A DNA stretch of 64,000 bases from positions 88,470-152,469 of the forward strand of contig JAPPLB010000069.1 in NCBI GenBank assembly GCA_028819575.1, written 5' to 3'. Both the position numbers and the translations under genes were made by a program. The stretch's first letter is position 1, and each line of letters opens with the position of its first letter. This DNA comes from Bryobacterales bacterium (GTDB lineage Bacteria; Acidobacteriota; Terriglobia; Bryobacterales; UBA6623). The notes under the pieces were generated by a model. It was not told the DNA's origin and ran no database searches. It saw nothing but the letters and a program-made list of their open reading frames with translations. Shown here piece after piece: positions 19,144-28,824 of this stretch.

Positions 19144-20625
19144 CTAGAACAAGCGACCTGGAACCGCCTGTCTGTCGATCGCCTCACTGAAAACCACTAG
19201 TCTCGAGCGTCCTTCCGTCTTTGCCCGATACATGGCGGCATCAGCAAAAGCGACGAGATCAAGAGGCTCCTCGTAGTCGGTGGTGCTCAAAGCGATGCCG
19301 ATGCTTGCCGAGGTGAAGACCGTGTGCGCGGTCAACTCGAATGGACGATGCAGGTGTTCGAGAAGCCGCCGGGTGATCGCCTCCGAGTCCGTGTCACCGC
19401 GGACGCCATCAAGCAGGACCGTGAACTCGTCTCCGCCCATGCGCGCGACCAGATCGTTCGGCCGGAGACGTTTTTCCAGCCGTTCTGCTACGGCCCTAAG
19501 AAGCTCATCCCCGGTGGCGTGGCCGAGCGTATCGTTCAATACCTTGAAGTGGTCCAGGTCAACAAACAGCACGGCAAAGGCATAGGATGGATCCCCGTCG
19601 GCAAGGGTGGCAGCACGGTTCAACCGGCGTGTGAATGACACTCGGTTCGGGAGGCCCGTCAGGGCATCGCGAAGCGCTTCACGACGGTCAGTCACGTCGA
19701 AAGAGAAAACTCGTAGTGTCCCGTTTGGCTGCACATATGCAACATGCTGTTCGAACAGGCTGGATCCGACCACGATTTCACGGATCAAACTTTTCTCTTG
19801 GACCGTTTGCAAACGCTCCGCCACTGCGGACAAGTCTTGCAGGAGCGGATGCGCCGAGCCCTTCGAACGCAGTTCCGGAAACCGCTGTTCGGCCGCCGCA
19901 TTAGTGAAAAAAACTCGGCCATCCGAATCCACTTCCACAATCGGGTGGGGACTCTCTTCGGCGATGAAGGCAAGCCGTGCGAGTTTGCGCCTCGATTCCA
20001 TCAACTCCGTTCGGTCCCACAGCAGGAGCCATACCTTGCTGCCGTCGGCGAAAGGGGGAGCTATGCTCACGACATCGAGTGACAGCGTTCGTTTCGCCTT
20101 GGTTGTTCCGTTTGCCTCCACCTTTTTCCCGAAGTCCGGCAGTGATAAGTCGTGGTTGACGCCATCCTTGATGTTTTCTGGAAACTGAACGAGCTGCCCG
20201 AGGGTCATCTCCGAGAGTTCAGCGGCCGAATAGCCAAAAAGCGCCGCGGTCTCTTTATTGGTGGTGATCAGCCGTCCTTGCAAATCGACCGACAGAATGC
20301 CGTCTGCAGCCTGTTGGAGGGTTTGAGCGCAAAGACGCCCCTGGGCGGCGCGGTATTGATGGATTGTCGACCGGCTCTGTTGAAGCTTGGCTATGGCCGT
20401 GCTGAGTGTAAGGCCGGCGGCTAAGGCGAGGAACACAATGACGGGCGCCGCCCAGGACGGATCGAAACCGGAAACTTCGATCGTCGCAACGGTTAGAACC
20501 AACAGCACGAGCACCCCCGGCCCGACGCGCAACCAGAGATCCGTCAGCGGGCGGTCGGAGGGCGATGACCGCCGCGGCTCAAAGTTGGCTGTTTCGCGAT
20601 GCCGTTGCTGGCGGTCGGTTGTCAC
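19144..20625 (-). CDS. membrane PAS-PAS-GGDEF diguanylate cyclase
   Basis: 493 aa. Two N-terminal hydrophobic segments, PAS-like regions (AADGILSVDLQGRLITTNKETAALFGY) and a GGDEF motif (ARMGGDEFTVLL). Confidence 0.85.
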   Translation of the reverse strand: MTTDRQQRHRETANFEPRRSSPSDRPLTDLWLRVGPGVLVLLVLTVATIEVSGFDPSWAAPVIVFLALAAGLTLSTAIAKLQQSRSTIHQYRAAQGRLCAQTLQQAADGILSVDLQGRLITTNKETAALFGYSAAELSEMTLGQLVQFPENIKDGVNHDLSLPDFGKKVEANGTTKAKRTLSLDVVSIAPPFADGSKVWLLLWDRTELMESRRKLARLAFIAEESPHPIVEVDSDGRVFFTNAAAEQRFPELRSKGSAHPLLQDLSAVAERLQTVQEKSLIREIVVGSSLFEQHVAYVQPNGTLRVFSFDVTDRREALRDALTGLPNRVSFTRRLNRAATLADGDPSYAFAVLFVDLDHFKVLNDTLGHATGDELLRAVAERLEKRLRPNDLVARMGGDEFTVLLDGVRGDTDSEAITRRLLEHLHRPFELTAHTVFTSASIGIALSTTDYEEPLDLVAFADAAMYRAKTEGRSRLVVFSEAIDRQAVPGRLF

Positions 20626-20740
20626 TCGCTGCTGCCCGCCCGACGCGAATCTTCACTCCTCATCGCGATTTGAATGATATCGATGAACGAACTTCGAAAC
20701 GAGGTCTATCCATAAAGAATGCCGGTGGACTCACGAAGAG

Positions 20741-21517
20741 CTAGCGCCCGGTCCAAGATGGGGGCCGCTTTTCCAGAAAGGCACTCATTCCTTCCTGAGC
20801 GTCGGAAGCAAGCGCGTTCATGCTCATTACCTCTTTGGCATAGGTATAGGCCTTGGACTGGTCGAGGTCGATTTGGGCATAGAACGCTGTTTTACCGATG
20901 CCAACGACCATTTCGCTTGCCTGCGCAATCTCATTGGCAAGATCACGTGTCGTCTTCGCAAGCATATCTCTCGGGACGACCCGGTTCACAAGACCCCATT
21001 CGCAGGCTGTGGACGCATCGATAGATTTCCCGGTCAAGAGCATTTCGAGTGCTCGCTTGCGTCCGATCGCTCGGGTCAAAGCCACCATCGGCGTACTGCA
21101 GAACAGGCCGATCCGCACGCCGGGAGTTGCGAAACGCGCGTTCTCCGATGCAACGACCAAGTCGCATGCAGCGACGAGCTGGCAGCCCGCCGCTGTAGCC
21201 ATGCCGTGGACCTGAGCGATTACGGGTTGCGGAATCCGCTGGATCGCCGTCATCAAATCCGTGCAGAGATCGAAGATCTGGCGGTACTCATTGACGTTGC
21301 GGTCGACCATCTCATTGAGGTCATGCCCCGCACAGAAAGCAGAACCTTCGGCCGCCAGAATGACAGCCGCTACTTCACGGTTTGTCCCAATGCCTTCGAG
21401 CACTGCGATCAAATCGCGGATCAAATCCAAGGACAGCGCATTACGCTGCCGCGGCCGGTTCAGACGGATCGTCGCGACAGGGCCGACGGTTCCGACACGC
21501 AGTAACGGCTCCGACAT
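20741..21517 (-). CDS. enoyl-CoA hydratase/isomerase family protein
   Basis: 258 aa. ILAAEGSAFCAGHDLNEM and AQVHGMATAAGCQLVAACDL are the crotonase fold. Confidence 0.9.
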   Translation of the reverse strand: MSEPLLRVGTVGPVATIRLNRPRQRNALSLDLIRDLIAVLEGIGTNREVAAVILAAEGSAFCAGHDLNEMVDRNVNEYRQIFDLCTDLMTAIQRIPQPVIAQVHGMATAAGCQLVAACDLVVASENARFATPGVRIGLFCSTPMVALTRAIGRKRALEMLLTGKSIDASTACEWGLVNRVVPRDMLAKTTRDLANEIAQASEMVVGIGKTAFYAQIDLDQSKAYTYAKEVMSMNALASDAQEGMSAFLEKRPPSWTGR

Positions 21518-21711
21518 CGTGAGATCAGAATATCACTTCGGTGAGCGATCTCACTCCGTGGACAGCAAGGGCAGGGAACCAGCCTGCTCGTCGTCGGTCT
21601 GAGGCAGAGCCTCGCCAAGCCAGCCCCTGACGGCAGCTGCGAGAATCAGCGGAAGAACATTAGCAGGTTATCGTGTATGCCCCGGCCTGTCTCCATCCGA
21701 TGGCGGCAGAG

Positions 21712-22656
21712 TCAAGCCGGTACGGCTTTGGGCGCGTGGACAAACGTCAGCCAGCCATGATGGTCGGGCGACTGAAGGGCCAGCAGCAATTCGAACTCGC
21801 GCTGGAGGCGTTCGGTAACGGGACCGCGCATGCCGCTGCCGATGGGAATCTTGTCAACCGAGCGAATCGGTGTGATCTCGGCGGCCGTCCCCGTGAAGAA
21901 AACTTCATCAGCGATATAGAGCATCTCCCTCGGGATCATCTGCTCGACGAACTCCAACCCGATGCCACAGCCAAGCTGCATTACGGTGTCTCGCGTGACG
22001 CCGGGAAGGACGGAGTTGCCCAGCGGCGGGGTGTAGACCTTGCCGTCCCGGACGACGAAGATATTCTCACCACTGCCTTCCGATACATAGCCCGAGGCAT
22101 CGAGCGCGATGCCTTCGCTATAGCCGTTCAGCACTGCCTCCATCTTGATCAGTTGCGAATTCATGTAGTTCGCAGCTACCTTGGCGATGGCGGGCAGGGT
22201 ATTGGGCGCCAAGCGTGTCCATGAGGATACGCAGACATCTACGCCCTTCTCGAGTGCTTCGGGGCCGAGATACTTGCCCCACTCCCAACAGGCGATGTAG
22301 ATCTCGATGGGGTTCTTCAGCGAGAGAACTCCTACCTCGCCGTAGCCGCGAAACGCGATCGGGCGCAGATAGCAGGAGTCCAGCCCGTTAGTATTGACCA
22401 GCTCCCGTAGCGCGGCGACCAATTCCTCTTGCGTGAAGGCGAAATCGTCCATACGATACACCTTGCAAGAGTCAAAAAGCCGTCGCACGTGCTCCTTCGC
22501 GCGAAAGATCGCGGGTCCTTCTGGGGTGGAGTAGCAACGGATGCCCTCGAAAACGCTCGTTCCGTAGTGAAGGGCATGGGTAAGCACGTGGACGCGCGCC
22601 TCATCCCAGGGAATCATCCTCCCGTTGTGCCAGATCTTCTCCGTTGCCTGAATCAT
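21712..22656 (-). CDS. ilvE: branched-chain amino acid aminotransferase
   Basis: 314 aa. HALHYGTSVFEGIRCY, PIAFRGYGEVGV, SEGSGENIFVVRDGKVYTPP and LPGVTRD are class IV aminotransferase motifs. Confidence 0.9.
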   Translation of the reverse strand: MIQATEKIWHNGRMIPWDEARVHVLTHALHYGTSVFEGIRCYSTPEGPAIFRAKEHVRRLFDSCKVYRMDDFAFTQEELVAALRELVNTNGLDSCYLRPIAFRGYGEVGVLSLKNPIEIYIACWEWGKYLGPEALEKGVDVCVSSWTRLAPNTLPAIAKVAANYMNSQLIKMEAVLNGYSEGIALDASGYVSEGSGENIFVVRDGKVYTPPLGNSVLPGVTRDTVMQLGCGIGLEFVEQMIPREMLYIADEVFFTGTAAEITPIRSVDKIPIGSGMRGPVTERLQREFELLLALQSPDHHGWLTFVHAPKAVPA

Positions 22657-23021
22657 GCCCTCTTCCTTTTGCTCGTTAGACCTTCATTATGGCACTGAAA
22701 GCATCATCGGAGAATCACTGCCGCCGCCGGCAGACCGTACGAGACCAGGCCTGGTCACCGTCAGCCCGTTTTCTCGCCGTGCGTTCCGATTCCCAAGAAG
22801 AGCGATCAAGCCGCGTCATGTGATCAAGGAAAAGCCTCGACCCATTCCCGCCACTCGGAAGCCCGAGAAGAACGAAGACTCTCGAAGCGAGAGCTTTGCA
22901 CGTAAGCAAGGGTTCTTCTATATGATCTTTGTTTCATCCGAGTCGGAATGCGATCCGCTCGGACCTGCCTTTCAGAACATGCCACTGACCGTGGAGTCCC
23001 GATAGAGGATGAATTTGCATC

Positions 23022-23690
23022 ATGAGCACGAGCAGCACAAATCACCACATCCGAGCGGTGTTCTTCGACTTTGACGGGACACTGGTGGACAGCGAGCGCC
23101 TCCACTACGAGTGCTGGATGGATGCCGTTGAACCCTACGGCGGGCACATCACCTGGCCGGAATACTATCAACTACTGTCCGGCCGAAGCGACAGCGATGC
23201 AGGCCGGTTACTGCTCACACGAGCAGGCTATGAGCCGACGAAGGATCATCTCACCAACGCCTGTCAGGAGAAGACGAGGGCCTATCTGGCGCGATTTCTG
23301 GATGAACTCAGGATCGAGAAGTCCATTTCATCCTGGATACGTAACACTCCTGATTACTTACATATCGGTGTCGTAACTTCAAGCGGAGAACACGAGGTCG
23401 CACCCGTCCTGGTCAAATGCGGGATTTACACCTCATTAAGCCTTTCGGTTTACGGCAATGATGTACAAAACCTGAAGCCGCACCCCGAACCCTATCTGCT
23501 GGCGATCCAACGCGCCACGAAGGCTGCGCAGACACAGGGGGAACGGGTCATCAAGAAAGAGCAATGTTTGGCGTTTGAAGATTCCGAAGCCGGCATCAGC
23601 TCCGCTGTCGCCGCCGGGCTGCGTGTGGTCGAGGTCGTCTCACCGGACAACGTATGGGGAATCCTGCGAAAGGAGGGCTTGGCCGGCTAG
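23022..23690 (+). CDS. HAD-superfamily hydrolase (beta-phosphoglucomutase-like subfamily)
   Basis: 222 aa with AVFFDFDGTLVDSE (DxD motif I), VVTSS and KPHPEPYL. Confidence 0.8.
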   Translation: MSTSSTNHHIRAVFFDFDGTLVDSERLHYECWMDAVEPYGGHITWPEYYQLLSGRSDSDAGRLLLTRAGYEPTKDHLTNACQEKTRAYLARFLDELRIEKSISSWIRNTPDYLHIGVVTSSGEHEVAPVLVKCGIYTSLSLSVYGNDVQNLKPHPEPYLLAIQRATKAAQTQGERVIKKEQCLAFEDSEAGISSAVAAGLRVVEVVSPDNVWGILRKEGLAG

Positions 23691-23791
23691 AAGGGAAGGG
23701 CTGGTCCGCTTGTTTACGACGTCGTATAAGATATATTATGTAAAGTATTTTCTGGATTGGCATGAGCTGGCACTGGCCGTTTCCGGATCCC

Positions 23792-24934
23792 CTAGCGGAA
23801 GAGATCCTCGATGCTGCCTGCCAAATCAGTACTCATGGGCGCACTCGACAGGTTCGCGACGACCGCCACAATAAGGCCATTGTCCCGGTTTAGAGTTAAC
23901 ATCGTCCGGCCGCCTACCGAGCCTCCGCCGTGCGAGACAATTCGTTCGCCGTGATCATTGCTAAACGACCTCCAGCCGATGCCGTAGTCCGTCCCCGTGC
24001 CATCGGGAAGCGTCTGCGAGGCGAAGAGAAGCTCGAGGGTTTCGGCTTGCAGGTAACCGGGCGCCATATGCCCGTTGGCAAACCGCAGCAGGTCCTCCGG
24101 TGTCGACAGAAAGCCTCCTCCCGCCCACTTGTAGCTGTTGTCGACGTAGGGAGCATTCACAACTTCACCTTCATCATCGAGCACGTAGAACCGGGTACGG
24201 TTGGCGACAATGGGCCGGTTCCTGTCGGCAACGGTATGATCCATCTCCAGGGTGTCAAAAACCTCGCGCTGCATGAAATCCAGGAATGATTCCCCGCTGG
24301 CGCCTTCCACCACAGCACTGATCAGATTCCAGGCATAGGAGGAATAGAAGTATTCCGTGCCCGGCTCGTGGATCAGCGGATCGTTCTCGAAGATCGCCAG
24401 TCCGGACAGCACATCGGGATAGTTGACAGCGGAAAAAAACTCGTCGCCCTGGTAGTGGCGTATTCCGCCCAGATGACCGGCGAGTTGCCGGGTCGTGACC
24501 GGCCATCTCTTTTCGGGAAAGGATGGCACGTAGTCCTGAACCGGGGCGTCAAGATCCAGGGAACTCCTTTCCACCAGTACCCCAAGCGCCGCCGCCGTAA
24601 TCGGTTTCGAAACGCTCCCGATGCGGAAGCCCGTCAGAGGGGTGACATTCACATGATGAGTAAGATCAGAATATCCAAAGCCTTCTGACCATAGGACTTG
24701 AGATCCTTTGGCGACCGCCACGGACAACCCGGGAATTGATTCCTGCTCCATAACCGACCGAACGATGCCGCGTGCCGACTCGATGGCTGCGGAGTGTTCG
24801 GGCGCCGTGTGCCCGACCGACGTGACTTCGGTTGTCTGGTCAGAGGTCTGGACACCTTCCCCGCAGGCGACGGCCAGCAAGGCCACTAAGACAACGACAA
24901 CGGCGGATATCCTCTCGCGATTTGGTCCATGCAT
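23792..24934 (-). CDS. serine hydrolase (beta-lactamase / class C family) lipoprotein
   Basis: ORF 23792..25030. The likely start is ATG 24934 (GAGGTG upstream), giving MHGPNRERISAVVVVLVALLAVACGEG. It has the SxxK motif (IGSVSKPITAAALG). Confidence 0.8.
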   Translation of the reverse strand: MHGPNRERISAVVVVLVALLAVACGEGVQTSDQTTEVTSVGHTAPEHSAAIESARGIVRSVMEQESIPGLSVAVAKGSQVLWSEGFGYSDLTHHVNVTPLTGFRIGSVSKPITAAALGVLVERSSLDLDAPVQDYVPSFPEKRWPVTTRQLAGHLGGIRHYQGDEFFSAVNYPDVLSGLAIFENDPLIHEPGTEYFYSSYAWNLISAVVEGASGESFLDFMQREVFDTLEMDHTVADRNRPIVANRTRFYVLDDEGEVVNAPYVDNSYKWAGGGFLSTPEDLLRFANGHMAPGYLQAETLELLFASQTLPDGTGTDYGIGWRSFSNDHGERIVSHGGGSVGGRTMLTLNRDNGLIVAVVANLSSAPMSTDLAGSIEDLFR

Positions 24935-24939
24935 TTCGA

Positions 24940-25700
24940 TCACCTCGGCAAAAGGCGGCGCAGTACGAATCCGATATTCACCGGACGTTCGGCAAGCCGG
25001 CGGATATACCAGGGGAACCAGTGTACCCAATAGCCGATGAGCACGCGGATACCCTTGTCCTCGCGTGCCAGGCGCCGCTGTTCCCTGTCGGTGATCCCGT
25101 AGAGCATCTGGTACTCATAGGCATCCGACACCACACCGTTGGCGTCGGCCCACACATCGATCCGATGAATCAGGCTGGCGGCGTGAGTCGCCAGTCCGAC
25201 TCGAACTCCCGCTGCACGAGCATCCGGACTAACTGGTCGAAGAACGCCTGGTCAACGTCCGCCTTGACCGGCAGCACGACCTCCGGAGGCTCGGCGTAAG
25301 CACCCTTCATCAGCCGGACCGCTGATCCGATGGAGATCGGTGGGAGTGCGGTACAGGTACGATTGAAGGCAAATCCCGGACATGGGGTGATCGTCCCGAA
25401 TGGCGCGGTAAAGATCGAGGGTGGGATCGACGTAGTGGCTGTATTCCATGTCCAGCCAGACCCTCAGCTGTCCGAAGGCCTGTACGAGCGACTGGTAGAC
25501 CGTGCCGCCCTCGGTTTTCAGGTCCAGGAGCACTCGTATCTGAAGCATCCCGACCGTATAGTCCGGAAGCAAAACGAGGGATGCCGTCAATCGATTCCCA
25601 AACAGCCGATCGTTTCCCAGGCGGATTCGGGCGCTCTTTCGCGTTGAAGCACAGCCATTCCTCCATGTGCCGCAGCAGCTACCGTCTCAGGGTTCTCAAA
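24940..25700 (-). pseudogene. proline dehydrogenase, frameshifted and N-terminally degraded
   Basis: Three minus-strand pieces match monofunctional ProDH. Piece 1 is RVWLDMEYSHYVDPTLDLYRAIRDDHPMSGICLQSYLYRTPTDL (ORF 25252..25590). Piece 2 is VRLMKGAYAEPPEVVLPVKADVDQAFFDQLVRML in a shifted frame (~25300 to 25190, my translation). Piece 3 is VGLATHAASLIHRI...YEYQMLYGITDREQRRLAREDKGIRV...YIRRLAERPVNIGFVLRRL (ORF 24940..25155 frame). There are two frame changes plus a stop at 25252. Confidence 0.7.
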
Positions 25701-25815
25701 CTCACTCTGAGACCACTTTTGCGTGAAGGGGATTCTGCGGCTCCTGACTCGGAGAACCGTTAACAGTTCTCAATTCATGCCCTGAACGCTCACTGTCGAT
25801 AAAGCAGATTGCTAC

Positions 25816-26934
25816 TCAGGTGATAGCAAGCCGGTGGAGCCGGATCTTGCCTTGCCCTTCCTCGACGCACCAATGGGCGGCAAGAAACTCGCCGTCTCCA
25901 AGCGGCAACAATGACGGCTGGCCGAAACGCAGCGATTTGAACATCTCCGCCGAGGTCTGTCCTTGTCTGGTCTGTGCGTCCACGTCTTTTCCGTAGATCA
26001 CGCGTTCCGTCAAGACACGCCAGTTGTTCCGCGCGAAGTCCACGATGCGAACGCAGATTCCGATCTCTACGCCGCGATGGGCATGAATCGTGAGCAAGCA
26101 GTCATCACCGAGCCAAGTCAAGTTTGAGGCCTGGCCCATGACTCGGGTATCGATCGGCTCTGACCACGTGCGACCGCCGTCTTCGGACACCACAACGTGA
26201 TTCGGGTAGTGACGATCCGTCGCTTGATCGTAGGCCCAGACCAGCGCGACAAGACGTCCGTCCTGCATCTCGGCGAGGCGGGGCTCGAAGGGCGTCAAGT
26301 TCCCTTCCTCGGTGCGAAAGAATACCGTGCCGTCATTCCAGGCCTTGCCCCGATCGACGCTTCGCAACAGGACGCCGATTTGCCCCGACGGATTCGATCC
26401 GTCAGGCATCTTGTACAGCGCCCCTACGGCGACCAGGTCACCTGAGCGAAGCTGCACGGCCGGGCCCGACAGTTCATACAACTCCGGCCGATTCCTGGAA
26501 ATCTCCTCCGGGACCGACCATGTCCTCCCTTCGTCGGTCGAGAACGAAACGACATCTTGACCGGGAAGAATACCGCCCGTTTCCGAGATGCTGATCGACT
26601 GCTCGGGATCATCACGATGGAAGCGATAACCCATCGCCAGCAGCGAGCCATCGGCCAGCAAGGTGGGCTTCAGACAGTCGCTCATCCTGTTCGGAAGTGC
26701 GGCGGCGTCATACAGCCTGCCCTCGAGCGACCAGGTTCGACCGGCATCCTTCGAACGCGACAGGTAAGTCGTTCCGTCAGCCGACTCGAACGCCTCTGCG
26801 ATCATCAGCGTCGCGAGCAGATCACCGGAAGGCAGTTTCACCAAGCCCGGGAAGTAAGCCTGGCGACTGCGCACGTGCGGTTTGGGATTGGAGTAAAGGA
26901 CGTGTCCTTCGACGTATCGAATCTCCGGCATCAA
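25816..26934 (-). CDS. BNR/Asp-box repeat sialidase-like protein, no signal peptide
   Basis: 372 aa with four Asp-box repeats (SRSKDAGRTWS, STDEGRTWS, SVDRGKAWN, SEDGGRTWS). It has an ATGA overlap with the upstream transporter gene. Confidence 0.75.
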   Translation of the reverse strand: MMPEIRYVEGHVLYSNPKPHVRSRQAYFPGLVKLPSGDLLATLMIAEAFESADGTTYLSRSKDAGRTWSLEGRLYDAAALPNRMSDCLKPTLLADGSLLAMGYRFHRDDPEQSISISETGGILPGQDVVSFSTDEGRTWSVPEEISRNRPELYELSGPAVQLRSGDLVAVGALYKMPDGSNPSGQIGVLLRSVDRGKAWNDGTVFFRTEEGNLTPFEPRLAEMQDGRLVALVWAYDQATDRHYPNHVVVSEDGGRTWSEPIDTRVMGQASNLTWLGDDCLLTIHAHRGVEIGICVRIVDFARNNWRVLTERVIYGKDVDAQTRQGQTSAEMFKSLRFGQPSLLPLGDGEFLAAHWCVEEGQGKIRLHRLAIT

Positions 26935-28457
26935 TCATTCCCACCACGCGAGTACGTGAGGCCGCGCAACTTGTCCTCGCGCGGCGGCTCCGTCATGGTG
27001 CTGACCGCCCAGGACACCACCAGACCGAGCACAAAAGACGCCGGCACGACCCACAGGAACGACACACTCTGCTCCAGCCCGAACCACTCGCGGCCGAAGC
27101 AAACGTACAGGCTGACGGCAGTACCAGCAGTGAAGCCTGCCAGCGCGGCTGTCTTCCCTGCCCTGCGGAACAGAATCCCCGCGAAGAACAACACGCCGAT
27201 CGGCCCGACAAAGATGTGGTTGATCCGGCCCGTCAACTCCACCAAATTCCAGTCTGAGGTTTGCATCGCAAGCGTGATCAAGCATGCCATCCCGACACCG
27301 GCCAACCCCGCCACGACCCCGCTGCATCGATCGAACCACAAAGACTCGCCCGCCGCTGCCGAGTTGTTCAGAAAGTCGCTTCTGACAACACTCGATATCG
27401 AATTAATACCCGAGCTCAGGCTTGACATCGCCGCCGCCAGCAACGCAGCTACGAGCAAGCCCGAAACACCCGACGGCAAGACTTGCACGATGAATCGCGG
27501 CATGAGCTTGTCCGCTTCCGGCGCAACCTGCTCCTGGAACGCCTGCATCGGCAGGCCCGACTCATCGGCGTAATAGGCGAACAGCGCGAGCCCGCAGACA
27601 GCCAGGAAGAACAAGAGCGTCACCGTCGCCCCCGCGTACATCCAAAGCGAGCGCCGCGCTTCATTGAGTGACGGCGTGCTCAACAGTCGCTGAACCGCTA
27701 CCTGGTCGGAGGCCTGCGTACAAATGTTCCAGAAAAACTGTCCCATCACCGCTCCGAACAAAGTAATGCGCACCATGGGGTCCCAACTGAAGGCTTGGAT
27801 CTCCGCCCGTCCCGCTTGCGAGAAAGAGTTCCACCAATCGATCGGTCCCTGCCCGAGAGTCACACCGATGAAGACCGGGATCGTCACGGCACCGCCGAAA
27901 AGAATCAGTAATTGCAGGTTGTCCGTCCAGATGACCGTCTGGAGGCCGCCGGCGCTCGTGTAGAAGGTCGTGATCAACCCGATGATCAAGATCGTTGCGT
28001 AGATGTCCCAACCGGTGACCTCGACCATCGCGAAGCTCGCCGTGTAGATGATCAAACCCATCCAGAGCAGTGTGCGAACCAGGAAGATCGACCCGGTCAG
28101 CGTGCGTATCTGAGCGTCGAAGCGCCGCTCCAAGTACTCGTACACACTGGTGATCGGCAGGCGTTTGATCGCTGGCAGCAGCGTGGAATTCATCAGAGGC
28201 ACAACGAGCGGAACTCCCAGCACGCCCGCGAAGAACCCGAAGCCGTAGCGAATCATCTCTCCAGGAAGACTGAGATAGCTGATGCTCGAAAGCAGCGTGG
28301 CCAGAATGCTCCCGCCGGCGAGGAGCCAGTGGGTTCGACGGCCACCGAGGAAGTACTCATCCCGGGACGTCTGGCGTTTGGAGAAGTACAGGCCGATGGC
28401 TGCCATTCCCAGCAAGTACGCAACGATGACGAGGAAGTCGAGAGTAGTGAGGCTCAT
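26931..28457 (-). CDS. sodium:solute symporter (SSS) family transporter
   Basis: 508 aa, polytopic. DEYFLGGRRTHWLLAGGSILATLLS and the overall 13-14 hydrophobic segments are typical of the SSS family. Confidence 0.85.
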   Translation of the reverse strand: MSLTTLDFLVIVAYLLGMAAIGLYFSKRQTSRDEYFLGGRRTHWLLAGGSILATLLSSISYLSLPGEMIRYGFGFFAGVLGVPLVVPLMNSTLLPAIKRLPITSVYEYLERRFDAQIRTLTGSIFLVRTLLWMGLIIYTASFAMVEVTGWDIYATILIIGLITTFYTSAGGLQTVIWTDNLQLLILFGGAVTIPVFIGVTLGQGPIDWWNSFSQAGRAEIQAFSWDPMVRITLFGAVMGQFFWNICTQASDQVAVQRLLSTPSLNEARRSLWMYAGATVTLLFFLAVCGLALFAYYADESGLPMQAFQEQVAPEADKLMPRFIVQVLPSGVSGLLVAALLAAAMSSLSSGINSISSVVRSDFLNNSAAAGESLWFDRCSGVVAGLAGVGMACLITLAMQTSDWNLVELTGRINHIFVGPIGVLFFAGILFRRAGKTAALAGFTAGTAVSLYVCFGREWFGLEQSVSFLWVVPASFVLGLVVSWAVSTMTEPPREDKLRGLTYSRGGND

Positions 28458-28824
28458 GGTTCGGGTCTGAAGATTTTAACCTACCTTCTCCCCGTCTGAC
28501 GGCTCAGAAGCGTTCGATGTGCAAAACCATCGCCGCCCAATGAGCAAGAGGAAGAATCAGACTTGCGCCTACGGCCGACGGCACAAGGTCGGATTCCGTG
28601 CAAAGAGCGCCTGGACATGCTCCCGGATGTAGTCAGGGCGCCGCCCGTTCGCTCCGTTTTGACGCACTGGCCCCACCGTGCTCAGACTTCCCTGCCCTGA
28701 TTTCCACCGGAACACGTGAATGCCACCCATGAATCATGCCGCAGGTGACTTACCCGCGCGGTCCGCTTAGGGCTATCATAGGCATCGAAGTTCTCGTGTT
28801 CGAAACCGCTCGAAGGGGATTCCC

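Noticed and set aside
22688-22703. TGGCAC-tgaaa-GCATC upstream of the HAD gene
   Set aside because: The GG to GC spacing is 2 nt shorter than in sigma-54 promoters. The same problem applies to TGGCATTGGATGCTG upstream of amtB (about 49305-49320, minus strand).
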